From: Epiperipatus broadwayi | Lineage: Eukaryota; Animalia; Onychophora | Assembly: GCA_028023455.1 (NCBI GenBank) | Contig: JAQFVV010000004.1 | Location: 15,562,001-15,626,000 of the forward strand | Reading direction: 5' to 3' | DNA length: 64,000 nt | Shown here: positions 1 through 11,106 of the stretch, piece after piece | Layout: every line of letters begins with the position of its first letter | Numbering within the stretch: position 1 is the stretch's first letter | Translations under genes and position numbers: made by a program | The notes under the pieces: generated by a model | What the model was told of the DNA's origin: nothing | Database searches by the model: none | Seen by the model: the letters and a program-made list of their open reading frames with translations, nothing else

Positions 1-125
1 GTCTGGGGATTTTGGATGAATATGCACTAGTTAGAGATTTTATGCACAATCCTTGCACCCATTGATTATTAAAGGCTTACATTGGGTAACACTACTGTAT
101 GGAGAATTTGCTACTGTTCATTTAA
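1..125 (+). repeat. 3' part of a family-1 HHR repeat; the window opens on the GTC cleavage triplet
   Basis: gtctggggattttggatgaat...ttttatgcacaatcc...cactactgtatggagaattt aligns with 15226-15315 and with the reverse complement of the 55625-56690 units. Confidence 0.8.
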
Positions 126-239
126 AATTCTTGTCAATAAAATGTTCTAATTGTAAAGACTACTTTGCCTTTTTGTTCTTAGTAAAATTCTTCTATACAT
201 TTTATGATATCCATTATTTTAGCAATTATATCTTCACTC

Positions 240-1460
240 ATTTTTTGCTCAAATAACTTTCCTTCCTATATCCAGATGTGTTACTATTTTGATACTTTTT
301 TGCAGCTTTGTATATTCTTATATCATCATTAACTCTTGTTTTTATTGTTTTATAAAATTCTTTTAAATGGATCATTTTCAATTTTTATTTATTTATTTTT
401 TTGCTAACATTGCCTTGTCTCCATTGTAAATTTACTGACCATCTTTTAACAAACTTTAATAAAGTATCAATTATTTTTTGTTATTCTTATTCAAGTCATT
501 GAACTCTATTAATATTTTACAATTGTTTACAAGTTCTAGCTTTTGGAATATTAGAAATATTAACTATTGGTATGATTTTTTTAGTAGCTTTTGTATCTCT
601 CGCTTTTTGAATCTGTTACATACATTACATACTTTTCATTAGTCAAAATGTAATCCAACTCTTTTGTATTTTTATTTGATTGATTCAGCTTTCATTTTTA
701 TTTGAATTATTTTTTAAACATTAAAAAGATTCATAATACATTGATTTTTTTCCCTACAAATTTCACAAGTATATTTCCTTTCTCATTACTATCTTAATAT
801 CCATGTCTATTCACAACACTTTCTTCTTTTAATTTTCTAATTCTAATATTGAAATCTCCACTGTCATTTTTAAAAAGTTTCATCAAAAGTATTCTAAATA
901 CATCAAAATAAAAATGTTCTATTTCTTCATCAGAATGAGAACATGTGGATTCATAATTTTGAATTATTTGCATTTGGCCCCTTGCATTAAGATGAATAAC
1001 TAATTTTCCACTCATATATCAAATTTCCACAATGTTGTATCACTTTTTTTATTTATAATAATTTCCCTCCCATTTGTGTTTCTATTAAAATTATACTCTC
1101 ATAATAAGATACATGTCCATTTTTCAAATCAATTATCTCTTCATCTTTTCATCTAACTTTACAAACTTAGGCAATGTCTTAATTAATATTAATAGGTTCT
1201 TTCAATTCATGCGGTTTTCATTTGCACAAAAGCTATATACAATTGTAGGCATTTAAATTTAAAAAATCATTATTGAATGATATCTTAGCTGTGCAATCAA
1301 AAGATTATTATAATTTTCTGCCTTTGATTGCCAATTGCTCTTTAGCTGTTGACTTTAAAAACCTTCTTGAAAATGAAGACCATAATTTAGTTTTATTTAT
1401 CAAGATAATTCAACATCTGCCTTTCATTCATCTTTTCTGCAAAATAATCCAACTAATGTT
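240..1460 (-). mobile_element. Decayed RTE-like LINE, apurinic endonuclease region
   Basis: ORF 794-1015(-) reads IIQNYESTCSHSDEEIEHFY...SGDFNIRI, matching the APE motifs IIQvYAPT..hsdeeie.FY and GDFN. Many stops; boundaries approximate. Confidence 0.7.
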
Positions 1461-1609
1461 TTAATTAAAAACTACTAGGCAACTAAATAGGAGGAGGAAA
1501 TGGTCTTTTTTAATTTTAAAGGTAAAAACATCCCACCTATGTTCATTTACCATATAAATAATCGTAATTATTAATTAGAGAAAATATAACTTACTATTAA
1601 AAAATTTTC

Positions 1610-1650
1610 GGCTGAACGTTTTCGAGGAACCATGCCTCATACTCATAGCC
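1610..1650 (-). ncRNA. Candidate hammerhead ribozyme, variant core (A3-U8 plus extra U)
   Basis: Minus strand: ggct ATGAGTAT gagg catggtt cctc GAAA acgt TC agcc. Stems I and II pair; stem III is the palindrome AACGTT. Confidence 0.7.
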
Positions 1651-1697
1651 TTATGAAAAGTGTAATAAATATATGCAAATGTAAATATTCAAATAAG

Positions 1698-2708
1698 CTA
1701 CTGTAACGTAGCCCATTTTTTCGAGATCTCGAAGCATGTGTCCTTTCTGTTAATGGCATGGATGTCTCTATTAATATAGAATGCCTCCTTTATTTTTCTC
1801 CTGTAATCATTTGGCTCTGAACATAAAATAATGGGGTTGGCAGGTATGAAGTTGTGCCCAGATTGTTTACTATGTTCGAAAAATACAGAGGATGTGCTGC
1901 TGTTCGTTTGAGCTCTGTTGAATGTGTAACGATGTTGAGCCAATCTGGTATTAATTGTGGCTTTCGTTTCCCCATAATATGTAGCGTGGCATCCGGCTTG
2001 AGGGCAGGAAATAGAGTACACCACGTGTGGGGTGAGCGATCGATCAATGTGGTCTTTAGAGTTATTGATCAACCTATTGGAATTGGGTGGAGTTCTGAAT
2101 ATTATGTTGAATTTATTGTTTAACGTTTTCGTTAGTTTGCTGGATATTTTAGGGATGTAGGGGATTGTTATTCTAGGTAGATTAGTGCGAGGTAATTTAT
2201 TGTTTATTGTACTATTAAATTTCATGATTTTCTTTTTAATGGTTTTATATTTGAATCCTGCTGCCAATAGATCTTTAGTATAATTGTTTATATTTTCCTT
2301 CCTATGTGCTTCGTATTTACACAGATGAAAGTTTCTAAACAAAAATGCATTAAGACCTGCAAATTTGTGCGATGCGGGTGAGTTAGAGTTAGGGTGGATA
2401 CAGCTGCGAATTTCAAATGGTTTAACAATCATTTTGTAATCTATTGAATGGCGATTTCTCGATAAAGAGAGGTCGAGATATTTGAGTTCTTTATTATTTT
2501 CATATGTGATAGTGAATGATAGTTTGGTTGAGTTTTGTAATTCACGTTGTATATTTAAAATATTATTTTTAGAGGTTATGATGAAAATATCGTCTACATA
2601 TCGTATATATATGAAGTCTAGGTTAGTGTTGAAGTATTTTGGAATGATGGATTGCTCGTATTTATTTAAATATATACTAGATAAAACACCACTAATAGGA
2701 AGGCCCAT
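1698..2708 (-). CDS. PLE ORF fragment: RT C-terminal half, thumb and GIY-YIG endonuclease
   Basis: MGLPISGVLSSIYL, YIRYVDD, LKYLDL, VVYSISCPQAGCHATYYGET...RLAQH...EH...GH...RKIKEAFYI. Open for 336 aa. Confidence 0.9.
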   Translation of the reverse strand: MGLPISGVLSSIYLNKYEQSIIPKYFNTNLDFIYIRYVDDIFIITSKNNILNIQRELQNSTKLSFTITYENNKELKYLDLSLSRNRHSIDYKMIVKPFEIRSCIHPNSNSPASHKFAGLNAFLFRNFHLCKYEAHRKENINNYTKDLLAAGFKYKTIKKKIMKFNSTINNKLPRTNLPRITIPYIPKISSKLTKTLNNKFNIIFRTPPNSNRLINNSKDHIDRSLTPHVVYSISCPQAGCHATYYGETKATINTRLAQHRYTFNRAQTNSSTSSVFFEHSKQSGHNFIPANPIILCSEPNDYRRKIKEAFYINRDIHAINRKDTCFEISKKWATLQ

Positions 2709-4658
2709 GGGTCAACCATCTTGCATTGTGTACCATTTGTTTTCGAAGAGTGTAAATATATGGGAATCAAGCCATGTCAAGAAAGTTTTTACATATAAGG
2801 AGAAATTAAAACCATATTTATTACATATAAATAATCATATAATAAATCCGCTGCAACATCAAGGGTGTGTGAATTGATTATGGGGAATTTGTCCTGCTTG
2901 ATTCCTTTATGGTCTCGGAGACAAACATTATTTCAGCTAACGGAAAACTCTTTGCTGGAGTCTATGTGTATGTGTAAGTATAAATATATTGTATTTGGGA
3001 TCAAACGAACAACTGATCTAATATAAGTATTACACGTTCAAAATAAATATAATTTAATAAATAAAAGAATATTTGTGTTACTATGTTAATGATAATTTTG
3101 TAATGCATTAAAAATTAGTTTTTATTGTAATTCATTATCTTTTTGCTATTTATTTTATACTTTATTTGGATTTAAAAGCAAACACTCAAGTGTTTTCTGA
3201 TTTGAAACACTATTGTTAAAAATAGTAATAGATAATTAATCTGCAAACAAAAATAATTAATAAAAAATTTATTTATAACTAAATTATATTTTCAACATCA
3301 TTGGCCATCTTCCACATCAACCTTTATCTTTTTCTTTAAGTGTTCCCTTTTTTTAAAAGTGCCTTCTTTCTTGTGTTTCCTTCCATTTATCTTACCTGTT
3401 TTTCTAATATGCTTTGATTACGTTTTATTTCTCTGATCAAATATTTTTTCTCTCACTTGGATTTTTCAATACATTTATGCTTTTATTTTATGTTTAACGA
3501 CTTTATGTTTGGATGTTATTGTTTCCCCTCAATAGATTTACTTCTGAATGTTTTCTATTTCCTAGTAGAAATATAGTTTTCTTTTGCAACTTTAGGAAAT
3601 ATCTTTTGAGACATAGTCTTTGATGAATGCATCTTCTCTCAATCTGGCTCTGTTTTGAGAATAATTATTTTTACAAATTAATAGTGATTACTTTTAACAT
3701 TCTTTAAAAAATTTTGATACTCACTTATCTTCTTTGTCTCTACAGGTTTTAATGAATTTTTACACTATGTATTATTTTTCTTTCAATGTATACCCAAAAC
3801 CATATGTTATATTTCTTTTTTTTCATACTTAATGTATTTCACTATTACATATCTGTCACAATTTACTGCATTGCTTTTTTTTTATTCCCATTACTGGGTT
3901 ATTTAACTACTAGGAAACATTCTAATTTCTATTTTATTTTTTCCTGTTTTTATCTTATAAAAACTCTCTCACTACTAATACAAATGATGTTATAACTTTC
4001 TATTTTATTTTCTTCCTACAAATAATTTTCCTCATATCATAATTAATATATACATTTTTATTCATTTAGTTGTTATACCTATTTTCTATACTTCTAATAT
4101 TTAATTGTTTCTATTTAAACCAATAATATAAATTCATTTTCAATTATTTATTAGTTTCACTATGGGATATTCTCTTCTTTTTTTTTGTATTTATTTAAAA
4201 GACTACAATCAAACTGTCTTTATAGTCACATTTTAGACTGTATTAAATTATTAATTTTTTTAGTTGTTGCCAGCTTATTTAAAGTTTTAAAATGCTTGAA
4301 AGTTTTTATCTTAAATATTAATAAATCAACAAAGTTTAAAATAATAATTCATTTTTGACAATTCACTTATCAAATAAATTATGGATATATTTTGCTTTTG
4401 AAATGGCCATATTAAATAGTGTAAATAGTCACTTTTCTAAAAACAGTGACAAATATATTCTAAAACAAATATGAATAGTATTATAAAATATTCATTTTTC
4501 ATAACAATGTAATATACTTTTAATAAGATGGTTAACATTTAAATTAAGTATACATCTTTCAAACAATAAACTTCTTTTAATATATGTATTGCAATTTCAT
4601 TCTCATATTCACGTCACTATTTTTTTTATTATTTCTAATCATTTAAAAGCATTAACCT

Positions 4659-4757
4659 GTCTTGCATTGGTGGTCGAGAGGTCAACGTGACTGCCTTGCA
4701 GGCAGTTGCCCGGGTTGCGGGTTCGCGTTCCGGCTGATGCTATGACACTTTAAAAAA
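4659..4757 (+). mobile_element. tRNA-Gly(TCC)-derived SINE
   Basis: GCATTGGTGGTC...CCGGGTT...CCGGCTGATGC resembles tRNA-Gly. A-tail present; 14-bp TSD aaaagcattaacct (4645-4658, 4758-4771). Confidence 0.85.
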
Positions 4758-4849
4758 AAAAGCATTAACCTTCTCCAAAACTATCTGCCCAACTTTGATT
4801 TTTAATCTTTTCATTTATATAGTACATTGATTTTCATCACAAATTTTCT

Positions 4850-5700
4850 ACAAATTCTATCAGTCCTAATTAAACTCATTCTTCTATCTGCAAGCATTTT
4901 TATGAGAGCAGAAAAACTGTTCCAATTCTACTCTCTCTCCCCTCAAATACTATCTCCATTTTTATCAAAACCACAATCATTAAAATGTTTATATTAAACA
5001 AAAGATAGATAAGCAATGCTTTTTCTTACCCACACCGTCTCTTAGCATACATCTGTTTCATACTATATATCTATATTGATTCATGTCTATATTTGTTAAA
5101 AGACATTATCTTCTTTTAATGTGTATTTTTCTTCTTCGAAATATCCCTCAAAATAACCTACTTCTCTCGAAACTAATAATGTTAATATTAACTTCTCTTT
5201 AACTTTCTATATATCTCAACAATAATCATTATCATTCGTTTTTTTATTATTCTTTTTAAAGTAAATTGTTCTTCTGGCATGAAGACACCAATAATCTCAA
5301 TCATGCCTTGGCTGCATATGAAATGAATCTCATTTCATTAATCCAACATCTAAAGGAAATAGATTGCGAAAAATCTATTATCAATCTCTCTGAATCTTAA
5401 ATTATATTATAAATATTAACTTACTCTCTAAATCCCCATTTTTTCCTATCCAAAAAAAAAAAAATCTTTCAGGACTTCACTTGGAATTTTATTATTAGTT
5501 TCAGGATTTCAATTGGAATTTCATTGCTTTTTTTTTTTTGCACTTTTCCTGACTTCATCTCAGCTATAACTTTTTCAAACTAATCCTCCTTTATTACACA
5601 ATTCACATTATTCTCATTGCCTCACTTTCATCTATTAATACACAAGTGATTACTTCTATGTTACAAATCATTTACTTCTCATCTTTTCATTGTGTCTATT
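4850..5700 (-). mobile_element. Highly decayed LINE endonuclease-like remnant
   Basis: Only fragmentary motifs (IEIIGVFMP, EVNINII, KSIAYLL) in a purine-rich minus strand. Confidence 0.3.
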
Positions 5701-6115
5701 TTCTTTCTGCTAATGAATCTGCTCTGCTGTATTAGTTTTTATTCTTTAGACTCTGTTTTATATTGTTGCTTCGAAAATTCTTAACAATTTTAAAATCTTG
5801 ACTGATAATAAATCAACTAAATTAAGCATCTGGTTACATAGATCGAGCCCGGAGATTACATATAACAGTTAAAATAATAATGAGTTTATTATAATAATAA
5901 TTAATTTATAAATATTTAAAGAAAAAAAAAGTATATGTTGTATATATAAAGTGTCTTAACATTTTTAAGTACTAAAATAATAACTCTTATCCAAGAAAGC
6001 AAAACCATTCTACCATTAGTGTTTACTTATTTTAAAGCAGATAGATAGATGAGTTTGTCGTTTAATTTTTATAAATTAGTTTAGCTTTTTTTTTTTTTAA
6101 TTTTAATATATATAT

Positions 6116-6212
6116 TCATGTGTCGTAGTATCGGCCGGGAAGCGAACCCGCTAACCCGGGATAACTGCTTGTAAAGCAGCTGTGCTGACCTCTCGACCAC
6201 CAACGCTTGACA
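6116..6212 (-). mobile_element. tRNA-Gly-derived SINE
   Basis: Reverse complement begins tgtcaagcgttggtggtcgagaggtcagcacagctgc; same family as 4659. Confidence 0.85.
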
Positions 6213-6239
6213 AAAAATATATATTTTTCATTAGTTATA

Positions 6240-7760
6240 TTTTAGCAGTGAAATTGAGGATAAGAATGGGGAAAGATTAACTGGTAGCAATGATATATTA
6301 AAAAGATGGAGATAATATATTCAATGTCTATTTAGAGAAAAAATAATTCAATTAATTATGAACTTTGAAAATGAAGAAGATACTGAAGTAAATGAGTAAT
6401 GGTAATGCTATTGGATATGATGCACTACCAATAGAATTTTTGCAAGAATTGTCAGAATTTGCTATGAAGGAAATAGTTGGACTTTGCAATTTGAATATAA
6501 TAGTGGACTTTGACCTGAAGATTCTTTAAGGACTATAGTGATTTTAATTGCTTAAAAAAAATAAAGATGTTAAATGTGAAGAGTACAGGACATTAAGTTT
6601 GATATCTCATGCTTCTAAAGTTTCATTGAGGATTTTAATTCAAAGAATTTATGAGAAGGTAAAGTATTATATTGAGAAGAACAATTTGGTTTTTAGAGAG
6701 GGAAAAGTACAAGAGATGCTAATGGTGTTGTTAAAACAATTGCAGAGAGATATATTGAAAAAGATAAAGGAATTGGTATAAACTTATCACCATCTTAAAA
6801 AATAAAAGAGTATTTTGGAGAGAAGTTTGATTTGAAATATGTATACCTGGCAAAGGATAAGAATTAAACTGAAGAATAATGAGACTGGTGAAGTGAATAT
6901 AGAAAGAGGTGTTAGGCAAAAATACAATATGTCATCTGTTATTCTTAATACTTATTTAGAAGACATGTTAAATAATTATTTTGACTGTGGAGGAGAAATT
7001 ATTGAAGATAAAATAATAAAGTGTATAAGATTTTTATATGATGTGGCTCTTATAGCTAAAGATGAAAAGTATTTTCAAAATATGTTAAATAAAGCAGAGG
7101 AAAGATGTTATGGAATATAGATAACAATTAATGTTGAGAAGACAAAATATTATATGGATAGAGATGAATGCAAAATGACTGCATAGTTCAACAAATAAAG
7201 GGATTTAGATATATGTATAGTTGGTTTAGTGAGGTTGGAAGAAATGATGATGAAGTTAAAAAACGAATAGCATTAGCAAAGGAAGCATTTATTAAGAGAA
7301 AAAAAATATTTTGTGGACTTTTGAAGAGAGAATTAAGAAAAAGATGAATTAACTGCTATATTTGAAATATATTATTGAATAGTTGTGAAATGTGGACAGT
7401 GAGTAATAAAATTAGGAACTGATAAGAAGCCTTTGAAATATGGACATGGAGAAGCATGGGAAAAAAATCAGTTGGATGAATAAAATAACAAATGAAAAAG
7501 TTTTGAAAATAGTAAATGAAAAAAGAAAATTGATTGATGAAATTAGAAAGAGAAACTGGATTGGACATATATTAAAAAGAAAGTATAGTTTAATGAAAGA
7601 TGTTTTGAAGAGAATGGTAAAATGAAAACAAGAAGAAAGGACAGAAAAGATTAGTATTGTTGGATAATATAAGAGATGGGAAGAGTTAGGTGGAATTGAA
7701 GAGCTGGGCAATGAAGTAATTAGTATGACTATCTCTGGATCTGTCCATGGTTCTAATAAT
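6240..7760 (+). mobile_element. Decayed RTE-clade LINE, RT region to 3' end
   Basis: KCEEYRTLSLISHASKV, RIKLKNNETGEVNIERGVRQ, IRFLYDVALIA (YADD-like), NWIGHILKR. Many stops and frameshifts. Confidence 0.85.
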
Positions 7761-7974
7761 GATATCATTTTCTTAAAATTAAAATTTATTTTCATAGTAT
7801 TTAATATTTTCATAGTATTTAACTTTGTGAATAATGTATAATAATAAATGAACGGCTAATCACATGTCTTTGATCATACGCTTCAGGAATATGTAATGGA
7901 ATAGAAGTTTGAAATAATATATCTAAAAATATGAAATTTAAGTATATCTTTAAAAATGTATATATATATATATT

Positions 7975-8080
7975 TTTCATATGTCATAGCATCGGGTGGG
8001 AGGCGAACCCACAACCGTCTACAGCCAACTACTTGCTTGCAAGGCGGCTGCGATGATCTCCCGGCTAACAACGCATGACA
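7975..8080 (-). mobile_element. tRNA-Gly-derived SINE
   Basis: Same family; flanked by a repeated aaaaatgtatat. Confidence 0.8.
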
Positions 8081-8390
8081 AAAAATGTATATTTGACGTT
8101 AAATTATATGTGTGTTATGAATGTGTTGTTCAGTTGAAAAAGTGATGTGAATATTTTTTTAAAAGTGTATCCATAAATGAGAGAGGTTGGTCTCATTTCT
8201 GGGTTGTGAATAGTTGTGATAGGATTGAGTGAAAGTGAAAAATGCACTGATAAAAACAAAAATATACAATAATAAATGATAAGTTGATCACTCTTTTAAG
8301 TATTTGAAATGAAATTTAATTTTTTATTTACTTTTCTTTACATGGAGCAATATATCAAAAAGTTTCTTGTCACTAACTCTGATATGATGA

Positions 8391-8483
8391 TGTCAAGCAT
8401 TAGTGGCCTAGTAGTTAGCACAGTTGCCTTCCAAGCAGCTGGGCCGGGTTAGCTTCCTGGTCAAAGCTTTGACATGTAAAAAA
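8391..8483 (+). mobile_element. tRNA-Gly-derived SINE
   Basis: gttgccttccaagcagct retains the Gly-TCC anticodon arm; 15-bp TSD aactctgatatgatg. Confidence 0.85.
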
Positions 8484-10690
8484 AACTCTGATATGATGCA
8501 TATTTTTTTAATTAAATCGACATTTCCTCTGTTGTCCTGGAACCTAATACCTGAAACTCAGTACATCTTAAAATGCACTTTATAAATTAAATATAATAAG
8601 GCAGGGAAAATAGTATACTAAATCTAAATTTACAACATCGCCAGTTCTATGGATTTATTGGATTTTAATTGTTAAATTTTAGGGACAATTGAAAAGTCTG
8701 GTTCTAGCCAAATATGCATAATAGTGGAGTTGCTGATAAATAAGTTTTCTATATGCAATGGTTTGTGTTACATAAGTAAAATTAAAGATTAGATTTTATT
8801 TTACATGTTGACTCGAGTAATTGAATATTTTTATTAGATAATTATATCTTCATGGTTATGTGATGCAATGCACTGTGGCTTCTCATTTTTTGGAGTCAGG
8901 AATCTCTCAGCCACTATGCCCAGAGAATCCTGTTAGCCACCTTATCTTCCCTTTCCATTCCCCATCCTAAGTTTTTCCCATATTCTTCTCTATCCTACTT
9001 CATCCCATTTCCACAACCTAATCTTTGTCAACTCCATGGCCTTTATATCTAAATCCCCCTTATCTTTTTCAAACCCCAGCATAAAAACCAAGAACTCACT
9101 TTCTGTATAATCACATTGTTCATATTTATTCTTCCACAACTTTATTATTTGCACCCTTTCTGTTTGCAAGCATTTACATTCAGTTAACAGATGCCTAATA
9201 TTTTCTATGCCTTCCTTACACAACTTGCAGACTAAATCACCTACATTTTTCATTTATGTATATATTCCCTTATTGTTAAAGATCTTGTTTGAGCCCTTAA
9301 ACAGTAAGCTGTTTTTCCTTGCTATTATAATAAATTAACTCACACCCAATATACTGTTTACTTATATATATATAAACTCTTTTTTACTCTCCATACTAGT
9401 TCTCCATCTCCCTGTTTTTTTTATTAATGGATCTATTCTTCTATCCCATTCCTTGACACTATAACAACAATTCTCCTAACATAATTATCTCACCTTTTGT
9501 ATACATAAATTCTTTATTATAATCTTCTGCATACTCTACTAACTGTCTCACCAATCTTGTTGTCTGTCTTTTACTCATAACACAAATATTATTTTGGCTA
9601 ATCTCTTATTGTCCATAAATTGTAATCTATTGAACATTTTTATTCTGTTTTTTGCATCTCTCATATAAAAACTTAACCATCTCATTTATTATTGTATTGC
9701 CTCTTTTGCTGTCCACACATCTTCATCTAATGCATGTCTTCCTACTTCTCTTTGTGCTTTTTCTAAGTAATCTAACACCCCTTTACTAACACATAATTCT
9801 TTGTTATTGTATGTTAAACCTTTTATTGCCACTCCCTTCTGTAAAATTCTAGCTACATTATATTTATTATGTGAAAACACTGTTAATTTCTTTATCAGTC
9901 CCTTTCTTTTCTTTGCTTCATTTCTCAATTTTTTATCTCATTCATTCAAGGAATTTCTCTGATTACTTAAGATGATTCCCAAATAGTTATACCTATTCAC
10001 CACATTTAACTTTATATCCCCCAATAAAACTTCTTTCTCTTTCCCCAGTATTTATCATCATTGCTTTTGATTTTTCTTCACTAAATTTAATCCTCATCTC
10101 TTGTGCATGTTTTCAGCATAACTTCCATCTCTTCCCCACTACTTTGTGTGCACAAGAAGACATCATCCACAAATAAAAGACCCGATAATATATATATATA
10201 CTCTTTTGCAACCTATTAATGGTATCTCTACTCCTCTTTCTAGTCTTTTTATTGCTCTCTCCATTTCTATCAAATACAACAAAAACAAAATAGATGACAT
10301 AGGGCATCCTTGCCTTAATTTTAACTGATTCTATATTTCCTAATTGATATGTATAGTAATTATTTTATACAATCTCTTAATAGGATCCATTAAAGCTCCA
10401 TCTGTTCTCAAATTTATTAAACTTACCCATAATCTATTTCTATTTACTCTGTCGTATGCCTATCTATATCTATAAAAACCACATATAACTGTCTGCCTAT
10501 ATTTCTACTCATATATATATATATATATATGTATAAGATGTGTAACTACAAATAAACTATTTCCTATAGGCCTATCTGATTGAAAACCTCCTTGCATTTC
10601 TCCCACTATATTATTTTCTTCCATCCATTTTAATTGAGATTGTGCTTTACGCAAAAAAGTGAAGCTTGTCTAAATCTTACAAAGTTATAT

Positions 10691-10733
10691 GGCTTAGCGC
10701 TTTTGGAAACCTTGAGTCTCCATAATCATAGCC
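10691..10733 (-). ncRNA. Variant-core HHR copy with G12>A (probably inactive)
   Basis: ggct ATGATTAT ggagac tcaag gtttcc AAAA gcgc TA agcc. Confidence 0.55.
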
Positions 10734-11063
10734 TACTTTTAACTGAAGTTTAGTTGTGGTTTATGTAAAAAAATTTATAATGACCATTTTCTGGAGATTT
10801 TAAAGCACGATTCTTTCCGGTTTATTGCATAATTATCATTTGCAATAAAACATGCCTCTTTGATTTTTCATTTCACATCATTGCGTTCAGTGCACAGTGC
10901 CCTTACTATAGTGAAACGAAAAATCAAAGAGGCATGTTTTATTGCAAATGATAATTATGCAATAAACCGGAAAGAATCGTGCTTTACAATCTCCAGAAAA
11001 TGGTCATTATAAAATTTGCATAAAAATTTTACATTAACCACAACTAAACTTCAGTTAAAAGTA

Positions 11064-11106
11064 GGCTATGATTATGGAGACTCAAGGTCTCCGAAAGCGC
11101 TAAGCC
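11064..11106 (+). ncRNA. Candidate hammerhead ribozyme, variant core (A3-U8 plus extra U), intact
   Basis: ggct ATGATTAT ggagac tcaag gtctcc GAAA gcgc TA agcc; 6-bp stem II, palindrome AGCGCT. Confidence 0.72.

Larger units (their letters stand above)
1540..2990 (-). mobile_element. 5'-truncated Penelope-like retroelement
   Basis: RT motifs and GIY-YIG in ORF 1698-2708. Frameshifted FENKWYTMQDG lies just upstream, and an HHR-like motif sits in the 3' UTR. Confidence 0.92.

Noticed and set aside
920-940. CTGATGA on the minus strand as a hammerhead
   Set aside because: No stem II or downstream GAAA-NUH geometry; it encodes SDE in the LINE endonuclease.
4664-4740. Functional tRNA-Gly genes at the six tRNA-like loci
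   Set aside because: Copies are diverged, have broken arms, and carry A-tails and TSDs, so they are SINEs.
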